A program made the translations under genes and the position numbers. Below, one piece after another: positions 14,141-26,548 of a stretch of DNA of 64,000 bases. Position 1 is the stretch's first letter. Each line of letters begins with the position of its first letter. Under the pieces are notes generated by a model, which saw nothing but the letters and a program-made list of their open reading frames with translations, was not told where the DNA came from and made no database searches. Source of the stretch: the human T2T-CHM13v2.0 reference genome, Homo sapiens; assembly GCF_009914755.1 (NCBI RefSeq), contig NC_060928.1; one strand, 5' to 3'.

Positions 14141-15049
14141 ACACTGTTCATTATATCTGTTTTATTTGTGCCGTATGCCTCAATGGGGAGACAGAACATC
14201 TGATGAAACAGGTGTATAAAGAACTACAGGTTCTTATTTCACTTGGAAACAGCCTTGAATGACGGTTTCTCCTAAATCATTTCAGGCACATGTACAAATA
14301 TATAGAAAAGTGACCTGTCCATTGTTAAGGTTTATCTAGCTCATTTATAATTTTTATACAGGTTTTATTTCTCTATTACATTAAGCACCATATAATGTAT
14401 GTAGAAATACTTGCAGGTTGTAAGGCATTATAAAAATGCTTGTCACTGTCACTGTCATCACTGCCATCATCATCATCACCATTATCCTTACCCGCTGGTC
14501 CTCCTTTATGAGAATTTGTGAGGACTGACAACCCTGGAACCTCCAGAACAGAGGATCTCAAAACCAGGATTCCAAGAAGACGGTCAGTGCATGAACACAG
14601 GTTCGGCACTTCACTGAGCCCCTTGGTATTGAATCAAATCACTGTCTCTCTGAAGAAAGAATATACAGCTTTCCACAGATTCTCAAAGTTTCTGTGACGC
14701 CAAAACCATCAAGAACCACAGTTTTGGAGCCTACAAATAGGCGTCCAGGGTGGCAGAAAAGAAGCTTCGCTCAACCTTCACAACTGCAATTACTGTGTGT
14801 TACAATCTATTTGCTCACAAAACAAATGAGGGCTACTTACTGCTCTATCAGCCACTGTGCTTAGAAGAGGGTAGACAGATGATTACGCTGGACTGTGTCC
14901 TTGAGTTCATGGAGACGGACTGAAGTCACAGACAGGCCGCGCACTGAGTCATACACTACAACAGAGGAACACACAGGAAGTGCCCCCGCAGCGAAGAGAA
15001 GCAAAGGCTACCTGGCTTGAAGGAAAGGTTTCCCCGGAGACCCCACGAT

Positions 15050-15530
15050 GGCTTACCAGGCCAGCCTAACCATTATGCATTGAGTGCCTGTTATATACAC
15101 CAAGCATTCAAAGACTTAGGTGCGCCCACAAAGAGCTGACAATCTAGAGGAAAGGCGCGTGTAAATAAACAATTACACTAGAGTGATACTGCAGTCATAT
15201 GTTTAAGTACATAAAAGATAAGAAACAGCTCCACGTAACGAAGAGGGCTGTCAAGAAAGCTTTATTAAGTAGAGTTATGAGATAATACGAGCTGACCACT
15301 GTATGCCCAAAGGCAGGGAGACAGAAAACGGCGAGGCACAGAGGGGTAGAGGGCTGCACAGGGCAGGGGCTGAGGGACCAGGGCTGCACAGGAGCCAGTG
15401 AGGGAAGCACGGGTGATGTTAAATGGGAGAGCAGGGAGGCCTGTTAGGGCAATGCGGCTCCGCCACGGAGAGACTGGACCCCGTGCGATGGGAGACAGTG
15501 AAACGGGTTAAGGAGGATTCCGTGACAGAT
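15050..15530 (-). mobile_element. L2-like remnant
   Basis: ttgagtgcctgttatatacaccaagc...gagctgacaatctag...ggcaatgcggctccgccacggagag. Confidence 0.5.
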
Positions 15531-17379
15531 GAACACCTCAGCTCAAGAATCACGTCTGTATTGTCAGAATGCCTCCTAACGCATCACACCATAAACTACA
15601 TCAACTGGCACGCGCTACTTTCCTTTAAAAAATGCAACAGAATATTTCAAAATTCAATGGCACTAAGTCGACGTGCATCATATTTCCATCATTTGTCGTG
15701 TTTTTATAATTTGGCACAGACATGAACTCCATGAGCAGAGTATAACACCACGTAATTTTACTCACTAATTGTGACAATCTAGTGAGACAGTCTATGGAAA
15801 GACCATAAAATAGGGCCTGTACACGGCAAGTACTCACTAAACGTTAACTATAATTACATGCTGATGATGATTAAGAAGAAAAAGCTTACCTGTGATAAGA
15901 ATATGGTTAAATTATCACAAACCAGAAAGCAGTCTTCAGAAACTACATAAATAGCTGAGTAACTTTTATTAAAAAAAAACAAAAAACCAATTGATTTAAA
16001 ACTAAAAAGACTGTATTAGTAGACTCTCCCCAACATGAAATGAGTAAGACATTCTAAAGAATCCCATTCAACAGGTTGAGCCACTCGGAGGCCTAGCAAT
16101 GGACCGAGTTCAACATGGTATCAGATATTCGAGGAGATATGGTACTGTTGAACTGGCAAGGCAAGTTAATTGATAAGACTGGCCCTTGAAGTATATATGT
16201 GAATAGTTTCCTAGACTTACTGTCACTGCTGTGAAACTGGAGAACTGCCAATTCAACAAGTACAGGCATGTGCCCTTGAACGGCAATCTTTCCAAGTCCA
16301 TTTATTCCTAGTAACAAAGACAGAAAAGATTGCGCTTTGTGGCACTATGTCTTGTATGGAGCATGCACTATTTATAAGCAGCATGGTCTGCTGTTTGAAA
16401 AAAAAAAAAAAATGCCAGAAAGGCAACTGCAAAATAACAGTACACAAAACACACACTAATAAATAAAAACGTGACAAATCCAGCCCTACGAACTAAAATA
16501 ATCCAAAAAGTAAAAACAATGGGAACTAAATGGTAAGAAAATCTCCAACATTTAAACTAACACCTAAAGCTTAAAATCTTTTCAATTTTCATAGTTGTAC
16601 ACGGTAGGTAATACGGAAAGAACAGACCAGGTATTAAGTGAACATTAAACCTCTACACACACAGGTCACTCAACAAATTACGAACACCCAATCCTTAAAC
16701 ATCCTTAGGACAAAAAACAGTTCCCTGGCAAGGGGGACGGTGAGTAAGCTTACTCTGGCTTTCTTGCCCCGTACTAGATGGCCAAGAGGACAGCTGCTGA
16801 TGCCAAGGCACCAAGGAGGACAAGGCAAGAGAACGATGGCCTCATGTAACTCGATGCAGAGGGAGGTACAAATCACGTTAGCTTTGGCGTGCAGGCCTGA
16901 AAGCTGGGACCTAACCACCATCTTAAACATGGTTTCCACAAGAAAAGCCTTCCAACAATTAACGTCCTGTCCAGTTCAGATGGGCAGCATTTTTACCGAT
17001 TAAATCACACTTTTACAACTGCAAACACAAATATGACACCTGTCCATCTCTTCAATGGCCAATGAGACAAGGGAAGCTACAGGCACTCACCTGGATTCAC
17101 CCACGCCTTCGCTGGCCTGATCTTGACTTGCTGACTGCCACCGCGACGGAATTCAAACTCCTGTCCTCCTAATTGTGCTAGATAGCAATATGTCATTCAG
17201 AGTAAAAATGCTGGAAGATTCTTACATTCAAGACTCCTTCAGGACCAAGCATCGAATCTAGGATTCAAGGCTGCAACCTGGCCTAACCCAGCTTAGCACA
17301 GAAACCCACTTCACTAGTCGTTTTTGAACAGGCTCCCTCGCAGCATCCGTAGATCATTCTTCAAAGAGTAAGAGGAGTA

Positions 17380-17540
17380 AAATGCGGTTCTGGCACTTAG
17401 CACCCAAGAAGTCTTGGGCAAGTTACTTAACCTCTCATTGACGTTTCATCCTGTAATGTAGGGATAACAGAGTCCACCCGGTGGTTGTGAGAATTAAATG
17501 GACTGGCACACACAGAATGCCGGGCCCAGTGCCCGGCTGT
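17380..17540 (+). mobile_element. MIR
   Basis: cttgggcaagttacttaacctctc...ggttgtgagaattaaatg. Confidence 0.7.
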
Positions 17541-18648
17541 GACACTCAGTGTCGTGGTTATTACTAGACTGGTGCTCACCACCAGTGTCATTACCACTGA
17601 CAGCATGAGGACAAAGCCGGCCTGTCTGACGTAAGCTGTTTCCACCCCACACCTCCGGGTCCCGGCCCCTGCACACTCTGAGAATTACATCACAGCACGG
17701 TAAGCGTCACTGCGTGCTGCTCCACAACGTGGGACGGCCCTGAGTCACGGTCCCCCGAGTTCCCATCCACAGCCTTTCCAGGCTAGACTTGTTCAGTCAG
17801 TAACGCATCAACGTGGTAAACATCATACAAATAACTAAAGAAAAGCTGAATCTCTGTTGTTTTTAGTAAGAAAATGGAACTTCCTTAGGATTTCGACTAG
17901 ATCCTATTTTCACCTTAACATCTTCCTGCTTCAAAGAAGGACCCTTCCCCTGGTAGAAATTGTTACCACGCCCTGCTTGACTCAGAATCACACACACACA
18001 AGATTTTTATCCCAGAACACAGCAACAACACACTGTGGTAACATCATTTCTGCCAAGACACAACTTCCAGTCTCCCTGTGGCTGGGAAACGAGCTTCTTT
18101 TCTCTTAAGCTTTCCTAGGAGGAGAACATAAAGAGCCAAGAGGACAGCAGCTGCTGCCACTTGAGGGAGGAGCCAGCAACACAAAAGCCCTTTCACCAGC
18201 ACATTTTTTAACTCTCTGCCGGGCCTCCCACCCGTCTCTAATCAAGTTCCTGCTGCCAGGAATTCTAGCCCCAGCTCCCACAGGGCATCAGGTCCCACCA
18301 CAGCAGGCCAGGCTTCCAGCAGCCACCCAGCTCTCAGCCACTTGCAGACCCTTTAGTCAGGATCCGGGGCCCGTCAGCCTCCTCCACATTCCTTCTCCTG
18401 TCACAGGAGGACGTGCAGCAGGAGCAGGGATCCCAGGATGTAAGTAAAATATCCTACTTTATATGAGGAAAAGGGTTTCTAACTTGAATGAATAATAAAT
18501 AGCCGAAACATTCAGAGTTCTGCAGAACCAGACAGAAGCTCCAGAAACATTTTCCCTGACTGAGGTCAACAATCAGGTTAGCCTGGGCCGGAATTCCGTT
18601 CCGTTCCCACTGTAGAAACGCACTCACCTGTGTGCACCTAAGCCGGGC

Positions 18649-18842
18649 GGCCAGGAGCCGACCCCACACAGGTGACACAGGGATGAGGCCAGGAGCCGAC
18701 CCCCACACAGGTGACACAGACATGAGGCCAGGAGCCGACCCCCACACAGGTGACACAGGGATGAGGCCAGGAGCCGACCTCCACACAGGTGACACAGACA
18801 TGAGGCCAGGAGCCGGCCTCCACACAGGTGACACAGGGATGG
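18649..18842. repeat. 39-bp VNTR, 5 copies (first unit 38 bp)
   Basis: ggccaggagccgacccccacacaggtgacacag(gg/ac)atga at 18649, 18687, 18726, 18765 and 18804. Confidence 0.96.
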
Positions 18843-21646
18843 TGCTCCAACACTCTCCATCGTGTGAATGCAGCCATTTTCTCTTAAGAAAAATGTCCTC
18901 ATTTCCCTTCCTGTATTTCATGAATGCTGACTTAAGTTGTGACAACGGCTGTACTTCCATATTAATTCATTCCCAGTCTTTTCATCAAAACGTAAATTTC
19001 AATCCTGAAACCAGGATTGGGATGCTAAAAGTAACACAGCAGTAATATGTTTAGAGATCTGCTCTTATCTTAATGAAAAACACGGGCTCCCCAAATAAGT
19101 AGAGTCAGAAGGGGAAACACTCGTCCTGGGCTGCTTTGTATACTAACATTAACAGCCAAAAAGAGAACCAAACTACTCTAGACTGAAGGTCAAACACATT
19201 CCAGGGCGTCCTGTACGCAATACACACATCAGGGAACAGACCTCAACCCAACACTGCTTCAACACCAACTTCTATTCACAATTTCTACAAAATCTTCTGG
19301 CCAGGCATTTTTCTAGACATTCCCTTAGTTTTAAAAATGAACAAAAAGCTGCAGCATTTCATTGGTGCTCAAGTAATAATTAACTTGCTAAGTACCCATC
19401 AGCTAAGAACACTACACCAAATTTATTCCACACACCCACAAGAGGGATGCTCCAGATTTTATTCTGCTTAAATTACAGGAAAACCTGTTGAAGCTTACAA
19501 CAAAGCAACAGAGAATGGATCTGAAGTAGAAGAGGGGGTTGGATGCTGAGACGCATGGCAGGCAGACCGAACCCTGAATGTGGGATTACACATGCTTCAA
19601 AGATCTTTACTCCGCTAAACATCTTTGTTAAATCTACTTTATAATCCTCACTGTAGACCTTACAGATAGCAATCTGAGGAGGAGAATCTTAATTAGAGCT
19701 CTGGAAACTGGCTCTCTAACGAGACCGACTTTCCAAATAATTTTTCACATGGCCCTCTCCCCTTCCAGACCTCACATGGAAGGGCAGTCACGTGGCATGG
19801 ATCTGTCAGAACAGTTCACCAACATCCAGAGGCCTCTCCAGGAAGGGCAGATGATACCGTGAGACCTGCAGAGTCCACGCCCGCCATCCCCACTCTGCCA
19901 CTACGCTTTCTCTCGCTGCAAAGCCATTTGCAGAACATGTACAAACCACGGAGCTAAGAACACAGAGCTAACAGGACTGTCCGTTTGGTGACAGATTTTT
20001 AGGTAGTCCATAGAATTTCTACTTCTACAAAAACAGAAAACTACGTTTCAGAGGATGTTTCCAATTTAAGCAGATTTAAAGAGAAGAAAAGGAAAGATCT
20101 TAAAATAGAACTTCATTCAGCTTGCTGGATAGGTTCTCTGTTCTGTGAAAAGTATATAAATGATACACATATTTGACTAGGTTGAAATAGGTAAAATATG
20201 ACAAAAATTTGGTTATAATACTCAACCAACACTAGTAGCTTTAAGTCAAAGACAAGAAGCAAACAGTTACGTGGACAGGTTGTTGGTCCCCAGAGCCACA
20301 GCACTCCTGCACAGGCTCATATTAATTAGCGCAATATTAAATGCCCCCGAGTTAGGCAAAGAAGACCCTGGTGGACATGGGCAATGGGCAAGGAGCGAAG
20401 TTCCAGCAAGCACCAGCCTGGCCTGGGCCGGGTGCACGCCAAGGCACACCAAGCTGTAGTGCAGTCTCTGGCAGCCCCCACGGGTGTTCCTCAACTGCCC
20501 CTCCATCTCTTCACCTGACACGCATCTTTCCACACTTCCTTCATGCCCTAGAAATTAGTTAAGACACACTCCAAGTGAATAATTAGCATGCCTAATTTTA
20601 GCCAACAAAATATACTGATTTTTCCTAAAGGAGTTTCTACACTGTGATACCAATTGTCCTGCCAGGAATCTCTGAAGAAATAACTTGGGCTGATAATTCT
20701 TCTGCCAAAAAATGTATCTTGTAATGAATACGAGGTCCAATGTGTAAATATTATTCTATCACTTTTGTTCATTTCCAAAAGCATATAAACGTAAGTCTAC
20801 TGTACACTACTTACTTTCTCTGTAAAGCAAGGACCACAGAATAAATGACCTACAAATTTCCAGCTTCTCTCTCACCTTTAAATCTCAATATTTACACACA
20901 GTTTCTTATATACTTACCAACCACACTGCCCACAATCCCAACACCTCCCCGCCTCCCACTAAATTACTACTGGAAAAGTCTGGCACTGCCCTTTCTGGAA
21001 AATACCATAAATCTATTTTGGGACACCACCTCGTTTGGCTGGTTGTTTCCTTATTTTTTTTTTCTTGGTAGTAAAAATATCCCAATCTCTTAAATGTGTA
21101 GGTGAAAAATACTAGTTTCGAAATGATTCCTTAAAAAGCAACAATAAAAATACTCTTCTTCACTTGAAAGAAAAAACCCAAAAGGCAGTGTTCATACAAA
21201 GTCATGAAGAGAATTTAAATTAAGGTTTTGGTTCCATTTTGTCTCAACTTTAACTTTTAACAGTTCTTTATAGGCTTTTGAAACCTACTTTGGAGAAGGA
21301 AAAAAAGTAGGAATAACTGTTCTTCAAAAATTTTACAAAAACAGTTTGACTCAGCTTCAGTTGTTAAATTTGGGGTATTTTTCTATGTTGAAACAGTATT
21401 TGAAAATTCTAACTTATACTGGACAGATAAAATGATAAAAAAGACATTCTACTCTTCAGAGGATTATCAAATGCTGTTGATTATGCTAGTTTCTCTTGAA
21501 ATAAACTAATTATGGGTATTTTAGATAGTGATATATAGTCTGTAGACTTAATACATAGGCCATATGCTAGTGGCACATAACCAACAGAGAAAGAATTCCT
21601 TGCATTAATAGAAGCACAAAAAATATATTACAACTTCCAAAATAAC

Positions 21647-21946
<300 letters not shown>

Positions 21947-23265
21947 CAAAATAATGTTTTTCTAAACAGCAGTTACATTTTTCATGTGCTACACACCTAT
22001 CAGATGGCATGGATCCCAGGGTGGGTGTTGACTGAAGACTCTCTTGTTTTTTTGTGTGTGTGGTATTACTGAATATATAAAGTTTAAAGGTAATTTTAAA
22101 AAGGTCCCTTTTAAAATGCACAGATTTATAAAGTACACATGGGTGAGATTAGTAAACAAATTGAGCCCCACCTATTGCTGATGAGTGCTATGATCACCCC
22201 TTTTCTATTTCCACTATCATTCTCAGAGGGCAGGACATGAAAAGCCAACACATTCGCTCATTTACTCCTGCAGTCTTTTAACACTGATTGACCAGCTTCT
22301 ATGTGCCAGGCACTTTTTGCTAGGTGCTAAACACAGAAGATGCAGGGGCTAAAAGCCTGCCCCGAAAGGCTCACACTCCACCAGGACATATTGACATATA
22401 ACTACAATATCTGCGCAGCAAGACTGAGGTATGTACAAAGTGCAACACACGCACTTTCTAGCTTGGACTGCTGCCTTGGAGGTCCCGGTTTCAGAACCTT
22501 CAGTATTACAACAAAGCACTGCTACCATGAATAAACCTACCACACGTCAGGAGTTTTCCCGTGTTATTTCACTTTACTCTCACTTAAACCTTCCGGTATT
22601 TCTAAGTGTCCCCATGTAGAAGAGGAAAAAGTTAGTTCTAAGAAATCATTTGCTTGTCCAGGATCACCAATTACCAACTAGAAGAGCCAGGATTCCAAGC
22701 CAGGTCTTTTCAGTTCAGCATGCCACTACCCCGCCTCTGCCTCTCGACCAAAACCTAGACGAGGTACTAAGTGAAGACCACATTAGAGAAGTTTTGGCAC
22801 ATCATCTCTGCACTGGGTAACTTTGCCGGTGTGCAACAACCTCTGAATGGCACGCCAGATGGTAGCAGTAGTTGTTCTAAGTATGAGCCTGCAAATACAC
22901 TGACTGAAAAAAGTTGGAAAGACTTCTCAAAGTCAGAACAAAACCATAATGATGCTTTTGATAATAGAGTTCAAAATAGAGTTTGGAGATCAGTATCAGT
23001 GATAACAATTTCAATGTATCCCTGGTCTTTTACTCACTTTACGCCACTTAAATCACTCAGGCCCTTTTGTTTCCATCTTCATGGCTTACTACGAATAAAC
23101 ACATCTACAATACAGCAGCCGGGCCAAAAAAAATATTCACACGCACTTCTATACCGAGCCCAAAGAGCAACAGGGAATTTTGAAGAAGCTGCCACAGGGC
23201 AGATGGTTAAAAAAAAAAAAAAAATGGAAAAGGGCATCAAATGAGAGCAATAAAAACATATTTAC

Positions 23266-26200
23266 CTGTCTCTTCACCTATTTTGAAAACACCAACGCCA
23301 GAGCCATCTCTAATGGAGTATCGGATCTCCCCATCTCTTCCGGCGTCCTCATCATGAGCCGACACCGTCATTACCAATGAACCAACAGGTGCATCTTCTT
23401 TCACTGTCCCCTTTTCCACAAAGCTGGAAAACACGGGTGGGTGCAGGTTCTCATTCACATCAACCACCTCAACTTCAACATAGCAAGTAGAAGACAGAGA
23501 AACTGGCTTTCCCTTGTCTTTGGCCCTCACAGTGAGATTATACACTTGCTTCTTCTCAAAGTCCAACTGCTGGACGATCCTAACTGCTCCACTGAGTTTA
23601 TCCACATCGAAGTTTCCTTCTCCGTGGTCCAGAAGGCTGTATCTCACCTGACCAGACTGACCTAAATCAGGATCGTGGGCTTCTAACCACATGATGACGG
23701 TTCCTTCTGGAAGATCCTCTCGGACTTTCACACGATAATTAGGTGGAATAAATGTAGGTGGGTTGTCATTAACATCTTCTAGTGATACTTTCACAACGAC
23801 AGTGGAGAACAGCTGAGGCTCTTCTCTGGCTTGGTCCCTGGCCTCAATCTTTAAGGAGTGCTCATGCTGCAGCTCTCGATCCAGAGGGCGTGCGATGTTA
23901 ACAACACCCGTCACGCTGTCAATTGAAAATGTGTCTGTGTCTGTAAGAATTGAGTACGTCACGTGTCCGTTGGGCCCCAGGTCTTTATCTGTGGCTTCAA
24001 CCTGGATGATTTCACTATGTACCTCCTTGTCTTCACTCACTTCCACAAAATAGCTCTCCTGTAAAAACTCGGGTGGATTATCATTGGCATCGACAACCAC
24101 GACATGTAGAAGACGCCACGCAGCCTTCTGGGGTATCCCAAGGTCATAGACGGTAATATTCAGGGTGTATTTGTCTGTTGTTTCACGGTCAAGAGGAGAT
24201 AAAATTTTCAGCATTCCTGTTTCCATATCAATCATGAAGCAACTATCCTCATTTCCTCCAGAAACAGCATAGACCAGTTTTCCATTGAAGCCAGTGTCAA
24301 GGTCAGTGGAGTTCATGAAAATTACACTGGAACCCACAGGCTGGTTTTCCTTTACCTGAATACCAGTCGGAAGAGTGCTTCTAAACTGCGGTATGTGAGC
24401 ATTGACAGAGTGAGAATCGAAGAAAATATCCTCCACCTCTCCCTGGTTGTGTAATTTATTTGCCTGCAGGAGCTTCTCTGCCAGCATTTTGGCAACACCA
24501 GTCTCTTCACACTGCAAGTTTACCAGCTTGTGACTGGCAGCCACTGTTATGTTGATATATAATGGTGTGGCAAAATTTTCTCCATCTGTAGCTGTGATTC
24601 TCAGACTGTGGAAAGACACCTTTGCACCTAAGCCATCCATTAGCGATCGCTTTAATGACAATACCCCCGAGTTGGGGTTTAAACTAAACAAATCCAGTTC
24701 ATTTCCAGCTTCAATCTGATACTGTACCAACTGAAGTTCATCTGCATCAATAGCAGAAACAGTGGTTATTTGCTCTCCCACGCCTAGATCTCTGGGAATT
24801 GTCCCTTCACAATTTATTTTCTCAAACAAAGGTGTGTTGTCATTCAAGTTATTGAGAGTAATTGTAGCAAGGACTTCGACTTCCCGGCGGTACGGCAAGC
24901 CCCAGTCTGATGCACGAATCCTCAGAGTATAAACCCGAGGCATCAGTTCGTAGTCCAGGTTTTCTGACGTACTCACGGCACCAGTGAAATGGTCAATCGC
25001 AAACGGCACATGATTTAAATTTGCGATACTGTATGTCACGTACCCATTCTCACCCTCATCAGGGTCTACGGCACTCAGGCTCATGATAGTAGTACCAATG
25101 GGCACGTTCTCATCAAAAGCAGCTTTGTACGCTGTCTGGGTAAATTCAGGGGGATTGCTATTTGCACCTAAGACTTTCACCAAGACCTTGGTGGACGCTT
25201 TTCTGTCACTTGTTGTTACTTCAAGTTCAAAATGGGCTGCCTGCTGTCTTTTAACTGGTTCTAAAATAGAAATGAGACCAGTGTTGTAATTTAAACTGAA
25301 TTTAGCTTTTCCAGGTGTCCTTTTAAAAACATACCTCAAATGGGAATAAGCAGGAATGGCCTTTACCATGACCACAGGTGTGTTGGGAGGAGCAAATTCA
25401 CTTATTTCTGCTCTGTAAACATCCTTTTCAAACTTGACTGGCCCGGCTTTGAACTGTGGAGAAGTCACGTGAATGACTTTAACAGAAGAGAACTGGGGCG
25501 GAGTTCCTTTATCTTTAGCCTGTAGTGTGAGATTGTAGCCGAAAGGATGACTGTCCCAATCAATGCCACCGATGGCTTTGACTTTATACTCCTTACTCCC
25601 TGGAAAGGACCTCACTGTTCTAAACTGCTGGAGAAGGTCACCTGCCACGATGCTTAAAGATGCTATGTCACCATTGGCACCCTGATCGCAGTCATCCACT
25701 GTCACAATTGCATATGCTGGGTCCCTGTCCAGTTCTGATGGTGACAATGTCACTGCTGTTATCACCGGAGCACATTCATTGGCCTGTTCGATGTGCACCG
25801 TTAGCTTGGCCATGCTGCTGATGCCACTGCTCCCATACAACTTCATGCCACGGTCCGCAGCGAGGATTTCCATCTCATAGAGCTTGGTCTCTAGGTAATC
25901 AAGTCTACCAGTTAACACTATCACACCACTGGTTGGGTGAATAGCAAACATATCTGTTCGATCTTTAAAACTGTAGTAAAATTCCCCGTTGGTTCCTATG
26001 TCTGCATCCGTGGCGCTGACTCTTGCGATACTGGTCCTTATAGCTGTGTTTTCAGGTAAAGAAACGCTGTATGAGGTGGGTGAGAATAACGGTCTCAAGT
26101 CATTTGTATCCAGCACCTGCACCCTGACCTTTGTTCGCGCCTCCACATTAGTATTTTTTTCAAGTGCTTTCACTATCAATGTGTAGTGATCCTTCACTTC

Positions 26201-26530
26201 TCTATTAAGAATAGCTGTATTTCCTCCTTTGGTCCTTATTCTTAGAAAGCAAAAGTCTCCGAGAATGTACTCTTCAGCTTTGAACAGGTTTTCACTGTCT
26301 CCGGAAACAATTTTGTACCTTACTTCCCACGCTGGATGTGTAATGTAAACACCCATCTTGACAGGATGCCCCACATAAGTCTTAGCTGCAGAGTTCTCCT
26401 GCACGGTGACGTTGTACTCGAGGTGTGTAAACTGCAGAGGAGTCTGTTCAAGTCGTTGGCTGCCATCACTGTCTCCAAAATGTTGGAAGAGAAGGAGCAG
26501 AAGCAGGAGCAAAGCCAAATGTCTCCCCAT
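23266..26530 (-). CDS. FAT1: FAT1 first coding exon (exon 2 CDS, c.1-3265): signal peptide, cadherin repeats 1-9 and half of repeat 10; the rest of the gene lies beyond the left edge of the window
   Basis: ORF MGRHLALLLLLLLLFQHFGDSDG... with repeated cadherin Ca2+ motifs (LDRE/LDYE, DxNDNxP, AxDxD). Start context GCAATGG. Donor ACAG|GTAAAT at 23266/23265 gives 3265 nt (phase 1). The last residues of the track ORF (KYVFIALI) are intron read-through. Confidence 0.98.
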
Positions 26531-26548
26531 TGCTTAACTGTCGGGAAT
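23266..26548 (-). ncRNA. FAT1: Full exon 2 (3,283 nt including 18 nt of 5'UTR), the template of circular RNA circFAT1(e2)
   Basis: Acceptor ttcttctgtttcAG|ATTCCCG at 26549/26548 and donor at 23266. The 3,283-nt length matches the recalled size of the reported exon-2 circRNA. Flanked by inverted Alus. Confidence 0.8.

Noticed and set aside
17080-17100. Perfect sense-strand donor CAG|GTGAGT at 17091/17090
   Set aside because: No convincing acceptor or pyrimidine tract upstream
18454-19045. ORFs with 13-aa repeats, including CxxC motifs
   Set aside because: By-product of a stop-free 39-bp VNTR; no evidence of an independent gene
22771-23244. 157-aa plus-strand ORF next to exon 2
   Set aside because: GTG start, runs through an A-tract, no domain or splice support
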